64,000 nucleotides of DNA, from the NCBI GenBank assembly GCA_965261545.1, contig CBDHDF010000010.1, forward strand, positions 576,001 to 640,000, in the 5' to 3' direction. The DNA comes from Bdellovibrionales bacterium. GTDB taxonomy: Bacteria > Bdellovibrionota > Bdellovibrionia > Bdellovibrionales > UBA1609. Every line of letters begins with the position of its first letter. Within the stretch, counting starts at the first letter, position 1. A model generated the notes under the pieces. That model was not told the origin of the DNA, ran no database searches, and saw nothing but the letters and a program-made list of their open reading frames with translations. The position numbers were made by a program, and so were the translations under genes. Of this stretch, positions 28,487 to 38,090 are shown one piece after another.

Positions 28487-30286
28487 ATGGTTTTATTGTC
28501 TTCGTATTTATGGACTTGTCTTTTATGGATTTTGCCCTTTTTTTTTCTCTGCCCATGGGTTCAGGCTTCGGAGGATCGTGAGGCTCTTAGGTACCTGCCT
28601 GTTCAAGATTCCCACGAGGGTCGCATTAAGCCCTTTGATACTTTTGCCCGTGAAACCTTACAACTCATTTATGGGCGAGAGACCTTCAAGAAAACAGTGA
28701 AAAATCGATGGCATGAAGAACTTTTGAGTTCTCAAGGGGAGGTTTCTACAAATTCCCAAAGGGAGACCACTATAAAGACTGTAAAAATTGAGGCTGTGGA
28801 TATGGTGGCCATGTGGGCCTTGTGGCCCGAGGAGTGGGGGCAGCAGGAAATTGTTCAAGTTCGGCATGTTGGTTTACGAGAAGCTTTGGGTTGGGAGAAC
28901 AAGGCAAGAATTTACTTTTCTCCCTCGGAGATTATGGATAACCCCAACTTTGCATTGCTGACCCAAGAACTTCGCTCAAAGCAGAAGTCTCGTGAAAAAC
29001 TCACCCCCTACTTTCAAGCCATTCAAACCCTTGAAAGTCAGATTCGTATTTTTGTGGCCATTGCCAAAGGAGTGATTCCTCGAATCATGCCGCAGATTGA
29101 AGGTGACCACTGGCTTTCCATGGGTGAGTTGAAGGGTGAAGATGCTAGGTCCTTTTACCCTGTCATTGAAAACCTTGTGGGCTATATCGCCACCCATGTG
29201 GCTCATGTCAAAAAAGAAGAGGGTCGCACTTTTGATGAGGGCCGCCTTCGCAGTTCTCTTGAGCAATTTCAAGTGAGAGCCTACGGTAAGTTTCCAGATA
29301 AGTATGGAAATCCCACTTTATTAAGGGCTGAGGTTCACTATGAGAAAATGCAGCCTTTTATGTGGGCATGGATTCTTTATCTCATGACTATCTTTTTCTT
29401 GATGGCTTCCCAAGGGCAAGGGAGACTTTCCCTCTCCCTTTACAAGGTGGGTTGGTTCTTTGTCGTCCTAGGTGGGGCTTTGCACACCTATGGAATGGGC
29501 CTTCGTATATTTATTCAGCAGCGTCCCCCCGTGGGCACTATGTACGAAACAGTGATTTGGGTTCCCTGGGTGGCCTTGGTGGTCGCTATGGTTATGGAGA
29601 TTCGAAGAAGGAAGCGAGGCCCTGTGGTGAAAAAGGGGATTGTATTGATGTGTGCCTCCCTGATTTCTGTTCTTTGTCTCATGGTGTCTGATCTCGCCCC
29701 TGTGATTTTAGATGATTCTATGAAACCCCTAGAGCCTGTATTGAGAGATAATTTTTGGCTTCTCACCCATGTGGTGATTATTGTCTCTAGTTATGGGGTT
29801 TTCTTTTTATCCTTTGCCTTGGCAGATATTGTTCTCTTTTATTTCCTTTGTGGAGAAAAAAAATATAGAAAAGAAATTAAAGCAGGGGCTCACGCCATTT
29901 ACAAATCCATCCAACTGGGTTTTTTATTATTGGCTGTGGGAACTATTCTTGGTGGGATTTGGGCTGATTACTCTTGGGGTCGCTTTTGGGGTTGGGATCC
30001 CAAGGAGACTTGGGCTTTTATAGCACTTATGGGTTACTTGGCTGTGCTTCACGGACGACTTGCAGGATGGTTGAGAGACTTTGGCATGGCCGCAGGGGCA
30101 TTGCTTAGTTTTTCCCTTGTTATTATGGCTTGGTATGGGGTGAACTTTGTGTTGGGAGCGGGGCTTCACTCCTACGGCTTTGGAGCTGGGGGCGTGGAGT
30201 ATGTGAGTGGTTTTGTCCTTGTTCACTTTGTATACTTGGGCTATGTAGCCACAGTGTTGCGCTATAGAAGAGTCCGGGGCGCTTGA
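28487..30286 (+). CDS. ccsA: Cytochrome c biogenesis protein CcsA (system II)
   Basis: WADYSWGRFWGWDPKETW WWD domain; WLLTHV; GLHSYG. Confidence 0.93.
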   Translation: MVLLSSYLWTCLLWILPFFFLCPWVQASEDREALRYLPVQDSHEGRIKPFDTFARETLQLIYGRETFKKTVKNRWHEELLSSQGEVSTNSQRETTIKTVKIEAVDMVAMWALWPEEWGQQEIVQVRHVGLREALGWENKARIYFSPSEIMDNPNFALLTQELRSKQKSREKLTPYFQAIQTLESQIRIFVAIAKGVIPRIMPQIEGDHWLSMGELKGEDARSFYPVIENLVGYIATHVAHVKKEEGRTFDEGRLRSSLEQFQVRAYGKFPDKYGNPTLLRAEVHYEKMQPFMWAWILYLMTIFFLMASQGQGRLSLSLYKVGWFFVVLGGALHTYGMGLRIFIQQRPPVGTMYETVIWVPWVALVVAMVMEIRRRKRGPVVKKGIVLMCASLISVLCLMVSDLAPVILDDSMKPLEPVLRDNFWLLTHVVIIVSSYGVFFLSFALADIVLFYFLCGEKKYRKEIKAGAHAIYKSIQLGFLLLAVGTILGGIWADYSWGRFWGWDPKETWAFIALMGYLAVLHGRLAGWLRDFGMAAGALLSFSLVIMAWYGVNFVLGAGLHSYGFGAGGVEYVSGFVLVHFVYLGYVATVLRYRRVRGA

Positions 30287-30386
30287 TTTGTTTAGGCACG
30301 AACCCAACAAGTGCCACTACAAGGCAATGTTCCAAAATGGAGATGAACGATCTGAACACCATCGGCAAATGTATATAATATTATAC

Positions 30387-33272
30387 CTACACATAATTAA
30401 GTAAATATTGACCAGTATGACTCTGTCGACACTTCATAATTTTATCCGGAGAGCCTTGGGCAATGATTTGCCCTCCCTTTTGTCCGGCCTCGGGGCCAAT
30501 ATCTATAATGTAATCAGAGTGACGAATAAGTTCCAAGTTGTGCTCAATCACAAGAACGCTTCCCCCTCCTTCAATAAGACGATTTAGAACCTTAATAAGT
30601 AATTCAATTTCTCTAAAGTGAAGTCCCGTTGTGGGCTCATCGAGAATATAGAGAGTTCCTTTCTGTTGGGTCGAGTTGAACTCTCTGGCAATTTTAAGCC
30701 TCTGACTCTCCCCTCCACTAAGAGTACTGGAAGGCTGGCCCAGTTGAATATAATCGAGACCCACTTCCTTAAGAATAGAAAGACCCTTTCGAATAGAGGG
30801 GTGGGAAATAAAAAAAACCATAGCTTCGCTCACGGTCATACTTAAAATATCATTAATATTCTTCTTGTTATAAACAATTTCAAGGACTTCATCACGGTAT
30901 TTAGAGCCACCACAAGCCTCGCAGATGATTTGAAGATCATCCATAAAGACCATGTCAATGACTTCAAAGCCCAACCCTTTACAAACAGGGCAACGCCCCT
31001 TCTCCGTGTTAAGGCTGAAAGTACTCGCGGTGTATCCACGGCGACAAGCCTCATCGGTTCTGGCCATAATGGATCGAATGGCATCAAAGACCTTTAAATA
31101 AGTGGCTGGCTGACTTCGAGCGGAGGTACTGATAGGAGATTGGTCAATAAATAGAACATGGTTTAAGTGCTGAAAGCCATGAATAGACATATAGGGAAGG
31201 CTTTTTTTATAATCAACCTTGAGTTCCTTTGCCAAAGCCGGATAAAGGGTCTGGCTGATAAGAGATGATTTTCCGGAGCCACTCACACCTGTGACGGTGA
31301 CAAAGCGATGGAGGGGAGTGGACAGGTCTATATTTTGCAGATTATTTCCCTGGCACCCCTTAATATCCAGAGTGTAATTGTAATCCTTAATTTCAGTGGG
31401 GCGAGTGGAAAGCAAACCTCTTTGGCCTTTTTTAGTTATGAGATATTCCACCGTATTGGATTCCTTGGCTTTGTAAAAATCTTGTTTTTTGCCAGAAAAA
31501 ATAACCTTTCCACCAAGATGGCCTGAACCAGGACCCATTTCAATAATATGAGAACTATTTTGAATGACATCCTGATCATGTTCAACAACGACAAGAGTGT
31601 TTCCCAGTTCTTGAAGTTCGTGAAGTATATGAATGAGACGGGTGTTATCTCTTGGGTGAAGGCCAATTGTGGGCTCATCCAAAACATAGAGAGTTTGTGA
31701 AAGCTCCATTCCCAATTGATTGGAAAGCATGATTCTCTGATACTCACCACCAGAAAGCGTAGAGGTAGGGCGATTCAATGTGATATAGCCTAAACCCACT
31801 TGATTTAAGAATTGAAGGCGAGAAATCATTTGTCGATAAACTTCTTGGCAAATGGTCTTTTGCTCCTTCGTCAAGTGAAGAGACATGATAAATTCATAAA
31901 GATCCTCTATACTCATAGATGTAATTTCTGCAATGGACTTGCCTCCCACAAGAACCTGTCGTGCCTCAACCTTGAGTCTCGTTCCCTCGCAAGACTCACA
32001 GGGGAAAGGGCTTTTGTAACGAGCTAAAAAGACCCTAACATGCATTTTGTATTTTTTTTTCTCCAATTTATGAAAAAGCCCCATCACACCCAAAAACTTT
32101 TCATGCCCGCTCCACAGAAAGTCCTGTGCCTTTTGAGATAGTTTTCCCCAAGGCTCACTGATGTCTATCTTATGAGAATTGCAAAACTGAATGAGAGATA
32201 GATAGTCTTTATAGGCGCTTGGCATGGAGAAGGGTTTAAGGGCCCCTTGAGTGAGGCTAAGTTCTTGATTGGGTATTACTTTTTGAGGATCTATTTCCAG
32301 AAGATTTCCAAAGCCTTTGCATTTTTCACAAGCTCCAATAGGACTATTAAAACTAAAAAGTCTCGAATCTATTTCAGGGAAACTGTAATCACAAATGGAA
32401 CAAGAATAGCGCTCGTCAAAGCGTATTGCCCAACCCTCAGTTGTGAGAACCTTTGCTTGGGCACAGTGAGGCTCTTTGTTGTACTTAAGACTCGTGGAAA
32501 AAGCCTGGGACAAAGAATCGATAAGGCGAGAAGAATCGCTAAACCCCAGACGATCCATGACAATATAAAAATCTTTTTTAGGCAATGACTTTTGACCCGA
32601 TTTAAAGACCTCAAGCTCAACAATATCACCAAGTTTCTCTTGAACCCAAAAAATCTGCTCAAGAGCACCTCCTTGAGTGGAACTTTTCTTGGAGGATATG
32701 TTGGAAGATTTATTAACAATCGTCCTCTTGGGAATAAGAAGGCGCATAAAGCCATCGTTCACAAGTTGAGCCAATAGCTTTTTACCTTGAAGAAATCGAC
32801 CCTTGGCTAAAACAGGAGCCAATATATATCCTCTTTTCTCACCAAAGATATGAAGAACTCTTTGTGCAGCACTTGTGGGCGAATCTTTACACAATGCAAC
32901 CTCGTGGTGAGGGCAGTGAGCCACTCCCACCTTCTCATAGAGAAGCCTTAAATAGTCAAGAACTTCAGTGGTGGTTCCCACTGTGGAACGAGAAGACCGT
33001 ACGCCATTTTTTTGTTCAATGGAGATAGCGGGAGGGATGTTTTCAATGAATTCTACATCAGGCTTTGGAGCCTTATTTAAGAACTGCTTGGAGTAATTAG
33101 AAAGACTTTCAATATAGCGCCGCTGTCCTTCGGCATAAAGAGTCTCAAAGGCTAGCGAACTTTTCCCTGAACCACTAGGTCCACAAATTGTGGTGAAGGA
33201 TCCTAGGGGGATGGAAACATTGATAGATTGTAAATTGTTTTGTCTCACTCCAACTAAATGTATGCTCTTCAT
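30387..33272 (-). CDS. uvrA: Excinuclease ABC subunit A
   Basis: Two ABC ATPase modules (GPSGSGKSS, GVSGSGKSS, LSGGE, LDEPT), zinc fingers, AEGQRRYIES. Confidence 0.95.
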   Translation of the reverse strand: MKSIHLVGVRQNNLQSINVSIPLGSFTTICGPSGSGKSSLAFETLYAEGQRRYIESLSNYSKQFLNKAPKPDVEFIENIPPAISIEQKNGVRSSRSTVGTTTEVLDYLRLLYEKVGVAHCPHHEVALCKDSPTSAAQRVLHIFGEKRGYILAPVLAKGRFLQGKKLLAQLVNDGFMRLLIPKRTIVNKSSNISSKKSSTQGGALEQIFWVQEKLGDIVELEVFKSGQKSLPKKDFYIVMDRLGFSDSSRLIDSLSQAFSTSLKYNKEPHCAQAKVLTTEGWAIRFDERYSCSICDYSFPEIDSRLFSFNSPIGACEKCKGFGNLLEIDPQKVIPNQELSLTQGALKPFSMPSAYKDYLSLIQFCNSHKIDISEPWGKLSQKAQDFLWSGHEKFLGVMGLFHKLEKKKYKMHVRVFLARYKSPFPCESCEGTRLKVEARQVLVGGKSIAEITSMSIEDLYEFIMSLHLTKEQKTICQEVYRQMISRLQFLNQVGLGYITLNRPTSTLSGGEYQRIMLSNQLGMELSQTLYVLDEPTIGLHPRDNTRLIHILHELQELGNTLVVVEHDQDVIQNSSHIIEMGPGSGHLGGKVIFSGKKQDFYKAKESNTVEYLITKKGQRGLLSTRPTEIKDYNYTLDIKGCQGNNLQNIDLSTPLHRFVTVTGVSGSGKSSLISQTLYPALAKELKVDYKKSLPYMSIHGFQHLNHVLFIDQSPISTSARSQPATYLKVFDAIRSIMARTDEACRRGYTASTFSLNTEKGRCPVCKGLGFEVIDMVFMDDLQIICEACGGSKYRDEVLEIVYNKKNINDILSMTVSEAMVFFISHPSIRKGLSILKEVGLDYIQLGQPSSTLSGGESQRLKIAREFNSTQQKGTLYILDEPTTGLHFREIELLIKVLNRLIEGGGSVLVIEHNLELIRHSDYIIDIGPEAGQKGGQIIAQGSPDKIMKCRQSHTGQYLLNYV

Positions 33273-36064
33273 CCAGACATATCCTCTTTGAGAAAATCTT
33301 GGGTACTTTCATCGGATTTACCGCTGCGATCTTCTTCTTCCTCCAAATAAGATGAAGGCTCTGTGCCCTCTAAGAAGGCTTGCTTCACAATCGCGGAGGA
33401 CTTCGTCGAAGCAAGCCGACCCGTTTCATTATCAATGTTGGCAAATACAATGCCCTGTGGAGTAGAAAAATTTCTCGAAGGCAAATCCCTGTGGACAAAT
33501 TTCATGTACTCCAGCCATATGGGAAGGGCGTTGTTTCCACCAACCTCTCCCTTTCCCAAACTTTTTTCATTGTCATAGCCCACCCATACCCCCGTAGTAA
33601 TATCGGGGGTATAGCCCACAAACCAACCATCAAAGTAGCCATTGGTGCTCCCCGTTTTACCGGCCACAGGTCGCTTCAAGGCACGAGCCTTCCCCCCAGT
33701 GCCCCGGGGCTCTGTCACAACCCCTTGTAAAAGACTTGTCACAAGATAAGCCGTGGAAGGCTTCACCAATTGATCCAAGCTTTCAAAAAATAATGGGGGT
33801 TCATTCAACTCATTCAATGGGGGTTCATTTAATGACGGTTCATTCAATGACGATTCATTGGGCGACATACTACGAAGATAGGCTTGTCGACGCTCTTCAA
33901 ATTTTTCTTTCAAGGCATCTATATCTTCTTGAAGCCGATCATCAAGGCTAACATTCTCAAGAAGAATATTTCCCTTTCTGTCCACAACTCTGTGAATCAC
34001 CCTCGGCCTGACTCGCCTTCCAAGGTTGGCAATATGGGAAAAAGCCTTTGTCATTTCATAAAGGGTGACACCACTTGACCCAAGGGCCAGGGTTAAGTCC
34101 ATATTTAGTGGGCTAGACACGCCTAGGCGTTGGGCGTAATCAGCCACCAATTTCACACCAAGTTTTTCAATAATGCGAATAGTGGGAACATTGAGAGACC
34201 GTACAAATGCATTCCTCAAAAGAATATCACCACCAAATTTTGTAGAATGATTTTTCGGTTTCCATTTTTTTATTTGCTTGTCTGAAGCATCCCCATCATC
34301 ACCCAAAGAGTCCCCCTCTTCAAAGCCCTGGCCCTCATTTTCCGAACTCTGGCCCTCATCTTCACTTTCAAAGACCATGGGAGCATCAATAATGGGTGTG
34401 GCGGCTGTATAACCGTGGTCCAGGGCCGCCGCATAGACAAAGGTTTTGAAGGCAGAGCCTGTTTGTCGGCGAGCCTGGTAGGTGCGATTAAATTTAGATC
34501 GCTGAAAATCATAACCTCCCACCATGGCAATAATGTCAGAGCTTTTTTGATCCACAGAGAGAAGGGCCCCCTCGACCACAGGCTCTTGTTCCAATTCAAG
34601 GTGGGCAAATCTATGAAACTCAGGTAGATCGGTGGGACGCTTCCCCTCTTTCCAACGAAATTTCCCTTTGGCAAGCACTTTCTCAAGTCGTGGAGATTGA
34701 AATTTTTCTCCTTTGATTCGAACCTCAATCACATCCCCTTCCTTGAGAACTTGAGAGGGTTTTTTGATCTTTTCATAAATCCATCGAATCTTGGGGTTGG
34801 GCTTTCTCGCCCAATCCATTGTCTTAATGTCAATGAGGCCACGATTCTCAGCAAAGCGTACTTTCACAAGCCCCCACTTGTCACTGACCTCTATGACAAC
34901 TCCCTGAATAATTTGATCCATAGTGAGATATGGGGGAATATTTGGCAAATCTTTACCCTCAACGTCTTGACCACTAAGGTTGAGAGGCTCCTTAGGTGGG
35001 AAAGCTCCATCAGGTTGCAACTGGCGAACCTGGTTGAACTCATCCATAAGTTCATTGCGTGACTCCAACAAAAAAACATGGACTTCTTCCACTGTTGTAA
35101 GACTTTTCTTGGGGCCGCGAAAGCCCTGGCGTTTATCAAGAGCCCTTAAACCCTGCTCCACTTGTTTCTGAGCCTCCTTTTGACTATCGAGGTCAAGGCC
35201 GGTGTAAATTTGAACTCCCTCATCGAGTAAAATCTCTTCCCCCAAGTGCTCCACAATCATTTGGCGAACAACCTCAAGGTAATAAGGCGCCGAACTATTT
35301 TGATTTTTCCTGAGAAAGATTTGAAGAGGAACCATCTTTGCACTTTGGGACTGCTCCTCTGTAATATAGTTCTCATCCACCATTCGTTGAAGAACATACT
35401 GTTGACGCCTTTTCGCAGCCCCAGGCTCATAGGTGGGCGTGTAGCGACTGGGTGCTGGAGTCAAGCCCGCAAGGAGAGCGGCCTCTGCTAGAGATATTTC
35501 TTGGAGAGGTTTTCGAAAATAGTTTTCACAGGCTTTTGCAACTCCATAGGCCCCTTGCCCAAGATAGATTTGGTTAAGATAGAGATAGAGGATATCCGAT
35601 TTGCTGAGGCTCTGCTCCATGCGATAGGCGAGGAGAATTTCTTTGATTTTTCGAGTGTAGGTTTTCTTATTCGTAAGCATGATGGTTTTAGCCACCTGCT
35701 GGGTAATTGTCGATCCTCCCTGAACCTTCTTGCCCGCCTTTAGGTTGGCCACAACCGCACGGGTCAGCGACTTAAAATTCACTCCCCTATGCCTGAAAAA
35801 GGAAGCGTCTTCAGCGGCCAAAAAAGCCTGGATGACAATTTTTGGAATATCTTCGTAGTTAACAAGGGTTCTACGCTCACTCCGTGAGAACTCCCCGATT
35901 TTGCTCCCCTCACGGTCAAAAACATTTGAGACCAAGAGGGGGTTATAGCTCTCAAGACTCACAACTTCAGGAAGGCTATCAAATAAAGTCATCAATAAAT
36001 AGCCTAGGATCAAAAAGCCTATAAATACAAAAGCACAGCAAAGAACAAAGATTTTTTTAAACAT
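33269..36064 (-). CDS. Penicillin-binding protein 1A
   Basis: AAEDASF, QGGSTITQQ, RKIKE; transpeptidase motifs SAFK, SLN, GKTG. Confidence 0.95.
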   Translation of the reverse strand: MFKKIFVLCCAFVFIGFLILGYLLMTLFDSLPEVVSLESYNPLLVSNVFDREGSKIGEFSRSERRTLVNYEDIPKIVIQAFLAAEDASFFRHRGVNFKSLTRAVVANLKAGKKVQGGSTITQQVAKTIMLTNKKTYTRKIKEILLAYRMEQSLSKSDILYLYLNQIYLGQGAYGVAKACENYFRKPLQEISLAEAALLAGLTPAPSRYTPTYEPGAAKRRQQYVLQRMVDENYITEEQSQSAKMVPLQIFLRKNQNSSAPYYLEVVRQMIVEHLGEEILLDEGVQIYTGLDLDSQKEAQKQVEQGLRALDKRQGFRGPKKSLTTVEEVHVFLLESRNELMDEFNQVRQLQPDGAFPPKEPLNLSGQDVEGKDLPNIPPYLTMDQIIQGVVIEVSDKWGLVKVRFAENRGLIDIKTMDWARKPNPKIRWIYEKIKKPSQVLKEGDVIEVRIKGEKFQSPRLEKVLAKGKFRWKEGKRPTDLPEFHRFAHLELEQEPVVEGALLSVDQKSSDIIAMVGGYDFQRSKFNRTYQARRQTGSAFKTFVYAAALDHGYTAATPIIDAPMVFESEDEGQSSENEGQGFEEGDSLGDDGDASDKQIKKWKPKNHSTKFGGDILLRNAFVRSLNVPTIRIIEKLGVKLVADYAQRLGVSSPLNMDLTLALGSSGVTLYEMTKAFSHIANLGRRVRPRVIHRVVDRKGNILLENVSLDDRLQEDIDALKEKFEERRQAYLRSMSPNESSLNEPSLNEPPLNELNEPPLFFESLDQLVKPSTAYLVTSLLQGVVTEPRGTGGKARALKRPVAGKTGSTNGYFDGWFVGYTPDITTGVWVGYDNEKSLGKGEVGGNNALPIWLEYMKFVHRDLPSRNFSTPQGIVFANIDNETGRLASTKSSAIVKQAFLEGTEPSSYLEEEEDRSGKSDESTQDFLKEDMSG

Positions 36065-36574
36065 AACTATGTTTTTTAGTATATTATGGGGTTATGGAAG
36101 AGTCTACAGAAATGAGTTATTTGGGACATCGAGGCAGATTTGTTGCAGCGCAATCTTTTCTAGGGACAGCAGCGCGATTTGACCAAGCTGCGCCATGGGC
36201 TTTGACAAGAAAAATTAAGAAAACCAGCTTTTAGCTTATTCCAAAAAATATTCTTCGAATTAAGACCCATTCCAATAATGAAACGAAAAATATTATTTTA
36301 AATTATATAATAAATTATATAATAATTTATATAAAAATATTTTAGCGCAAATTATTGAAAAAGATATGGAAAAATATGTAAGGTATGAGTAAAATAAAAG
36401 TATATTCTGTGGTCTCTTGAAATAAAACCCTACAAGTATAAAAAAGGGGGCCGCCTCTGCCAATGTTGTGCATACTCAGTCATTGAGGAGCCTAAAACAT
36501 TGTTATGCAGCCGCCCACATGGTGACTAGGGGTTTTAAATTCAATGAGTTCCACAGATTTTTTTTTAAACTCAT

Positions 36575-36769
36575 TCATTCAATTGATGGGGCCAGAGGCT
36601 TGGTGTTGGTGTTTTGAGTAAGCAACTGACTGAGCCAAGTTCGGCATTGGCCGCAGTCAGAGCCTGCCCCTCGGCATTGGCTAGAGAGGGCCTCCAGAGA
36701 TGAGCAGCCGAATTTAATGGCCTCAATGACCTCTGATTCTTTGACAGCTTTACATAAACAGGCATACAT
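36575..36769 (-). CDS. Bfd-like [2Fe-2S] ferredoxin
   Basis: MYACLCKAV...GSDCGQC. Confidence 0.85.
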   Translation of the reverse strand: MYACLCKAVKESEVIEAIKFGCSSLEALSSQCRGAGSDCGQCRTWLSQLLTQNTNTKPLAPSIE

Positions 36770-36884
36770 GTTTTCTGACCTCGATGTACCTTGCCTCAGC
36801 TTATAATTTTATATACTTATATTACCACATTATTGTAAGATTCTGAAGAGAAGGCTTCTATTCAGTAAATAGGGAGCACTTAGT

Positions 36885-37649
36885 TTGCAGTCAGTTTTCA
36901 TTATGGCGTCTACTTCCATCTTAAAATACACTCAGACTTTTGTTAGCTGTGGTTACAGGTATGCAAGGAAAGACTGGTCTCGTACAAAGAACATTGAGGT
37001 TTACGGAGATGACCACTCAGATGATGGCATGGGTTGCAATCTAAGAATTGTGGCTTGTGGCACTAAAGATTTTCAAGCCTCACTGAGTGATTTATCCAAG
37101 GTGTGGGACCATCAGTTTCTCAATGATCTCCATGGGTTGAGCACAATAGTCCCCACAATGGAAGCTTTGGCAGCTTACGGTTTTACATTTATGGCGGCAC
37201 CTGAGCTTGAGTCCATAAAAGTCCAAGCGGGGGAGAACCTGTGGGCTGAATTTTCTCGTCATGGTAAGGCTTCGGTGACTAGGGTTTACCGTTTGAATTG
37301 CCTCCACCGCCATCACAACCCTAACTTGTCAGAGGAGGAAAATAGGCAACTCTACGGAAAATGTTCAAAGATCCATGGCCACGAATATCACTTAGAAGTT
37401 TGTGTCACAGGTCATATCCATAGTGAGACCCACTTGGTAGTGCCACGCCAGTGGATGGACTCATGGGTGAGTCACCTTGTTATTGAGCCTTTGAATAAGA
37501 CATTTTTAAATGATTCCATTGGCAATACCTCTGGAGAGATTATTGCCCAAAGGTTTTATGATATTTTGACCCCTCGTCTTCTCAAGGGGCTAGAGTTGAG
37601 CCTTTGTCTGCGCGAGACACGAAAAAATTCATTTATTATCACTGGGTAA
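36885..37649 (+). CDS. Tandem-domain 6-pyruvoyl-tetrahydropterin synthase / QueD-like protein
   Basis: C-terminal domain with HRH, YGKCSKIHGHEY, SGE and ET; degenerate N-terminal domain. Confidence 0.8.
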   Translation: MQSVFIMASTSILKYTQTFVSCGYRYARKDWSRTKNIEVYGDDHSDDGMGCNLRIVACGTKDFQASLSDLSKVWDHQFLNDLHGLSTIVPTMEALAAYGFTFMAAPELESIKVQAGENLWAEFSRHGKASVTRVYRLNCLHRHHNPNLSEEENRQLYGKCSKIHGHEYHLEVCVTGHIHSETHLVVPRQWMDSWVSHLVIEPLNKTFLNDSIGNTSGEIIAQRFYDILTPRLLKGLELSLCLRETRKNSFIITG

Positions 37650-37682
37650 AGCCTTGTAGATCCAAGTACCCCTAGCCAAATA

Positions 37683-38054
37683 TCAGTTTGGCTCACTGTT
37701 AAAAAACTGTATGGCTTCATTTCTTGTTTTACCCACTTTAATGAGAGTGCTAAAACCTGAAATGGAAAACACTTCTTGAACAGTTTTATTCAAAGAACAA
37801 ATGGCAAACTCAAACTTTTTAGATTTCATCTTTTTAGATGTAGAAAGAAAAACTCGGAGTCCGGAACTACTCACAAAGGTGGTGTCTTTGAGATCAATGA
37901 GTAATTTTGTATTCTCGCTACCACCTTCGATAATATCGTTAATATGGGTTTCCACATCAATAGAAGTATTTATATTGATAGGTCCACTGATTTCTAGGAT
38001 CGTAACATTATCCTGTGTGACTGTTTTTGCTTCCATTTCCATAATGACCTCCAT
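37683..38054 (-). CDS. STAS anti-sigma factor antagonist
   Basis: LIDL...FVSSSGLRV, EVFSISGF. Confidence 0.9.
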   Translation of the reverse strand: MEVIMEMEAKTVTQDNVTILEISGPININTSIDVETHINDIIEGGSENTKLLIDLKDTTFVSSSGLRVFLSTSKKMKSKKFEFAICSLNKTVQEVFSISGFSTLIKVGKTRNEAIQFFNSEPN

Positions 38055-38090
38055 TGGTATAATATTTTATTATATATAATAAAATACGTG

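Noticed and set aside
36290..36360. Replication origin
   Set aside because: AT-rich but no cluster of DnaA boxes; the single TTATCCACA seen is ~4 kb away at ~40529.
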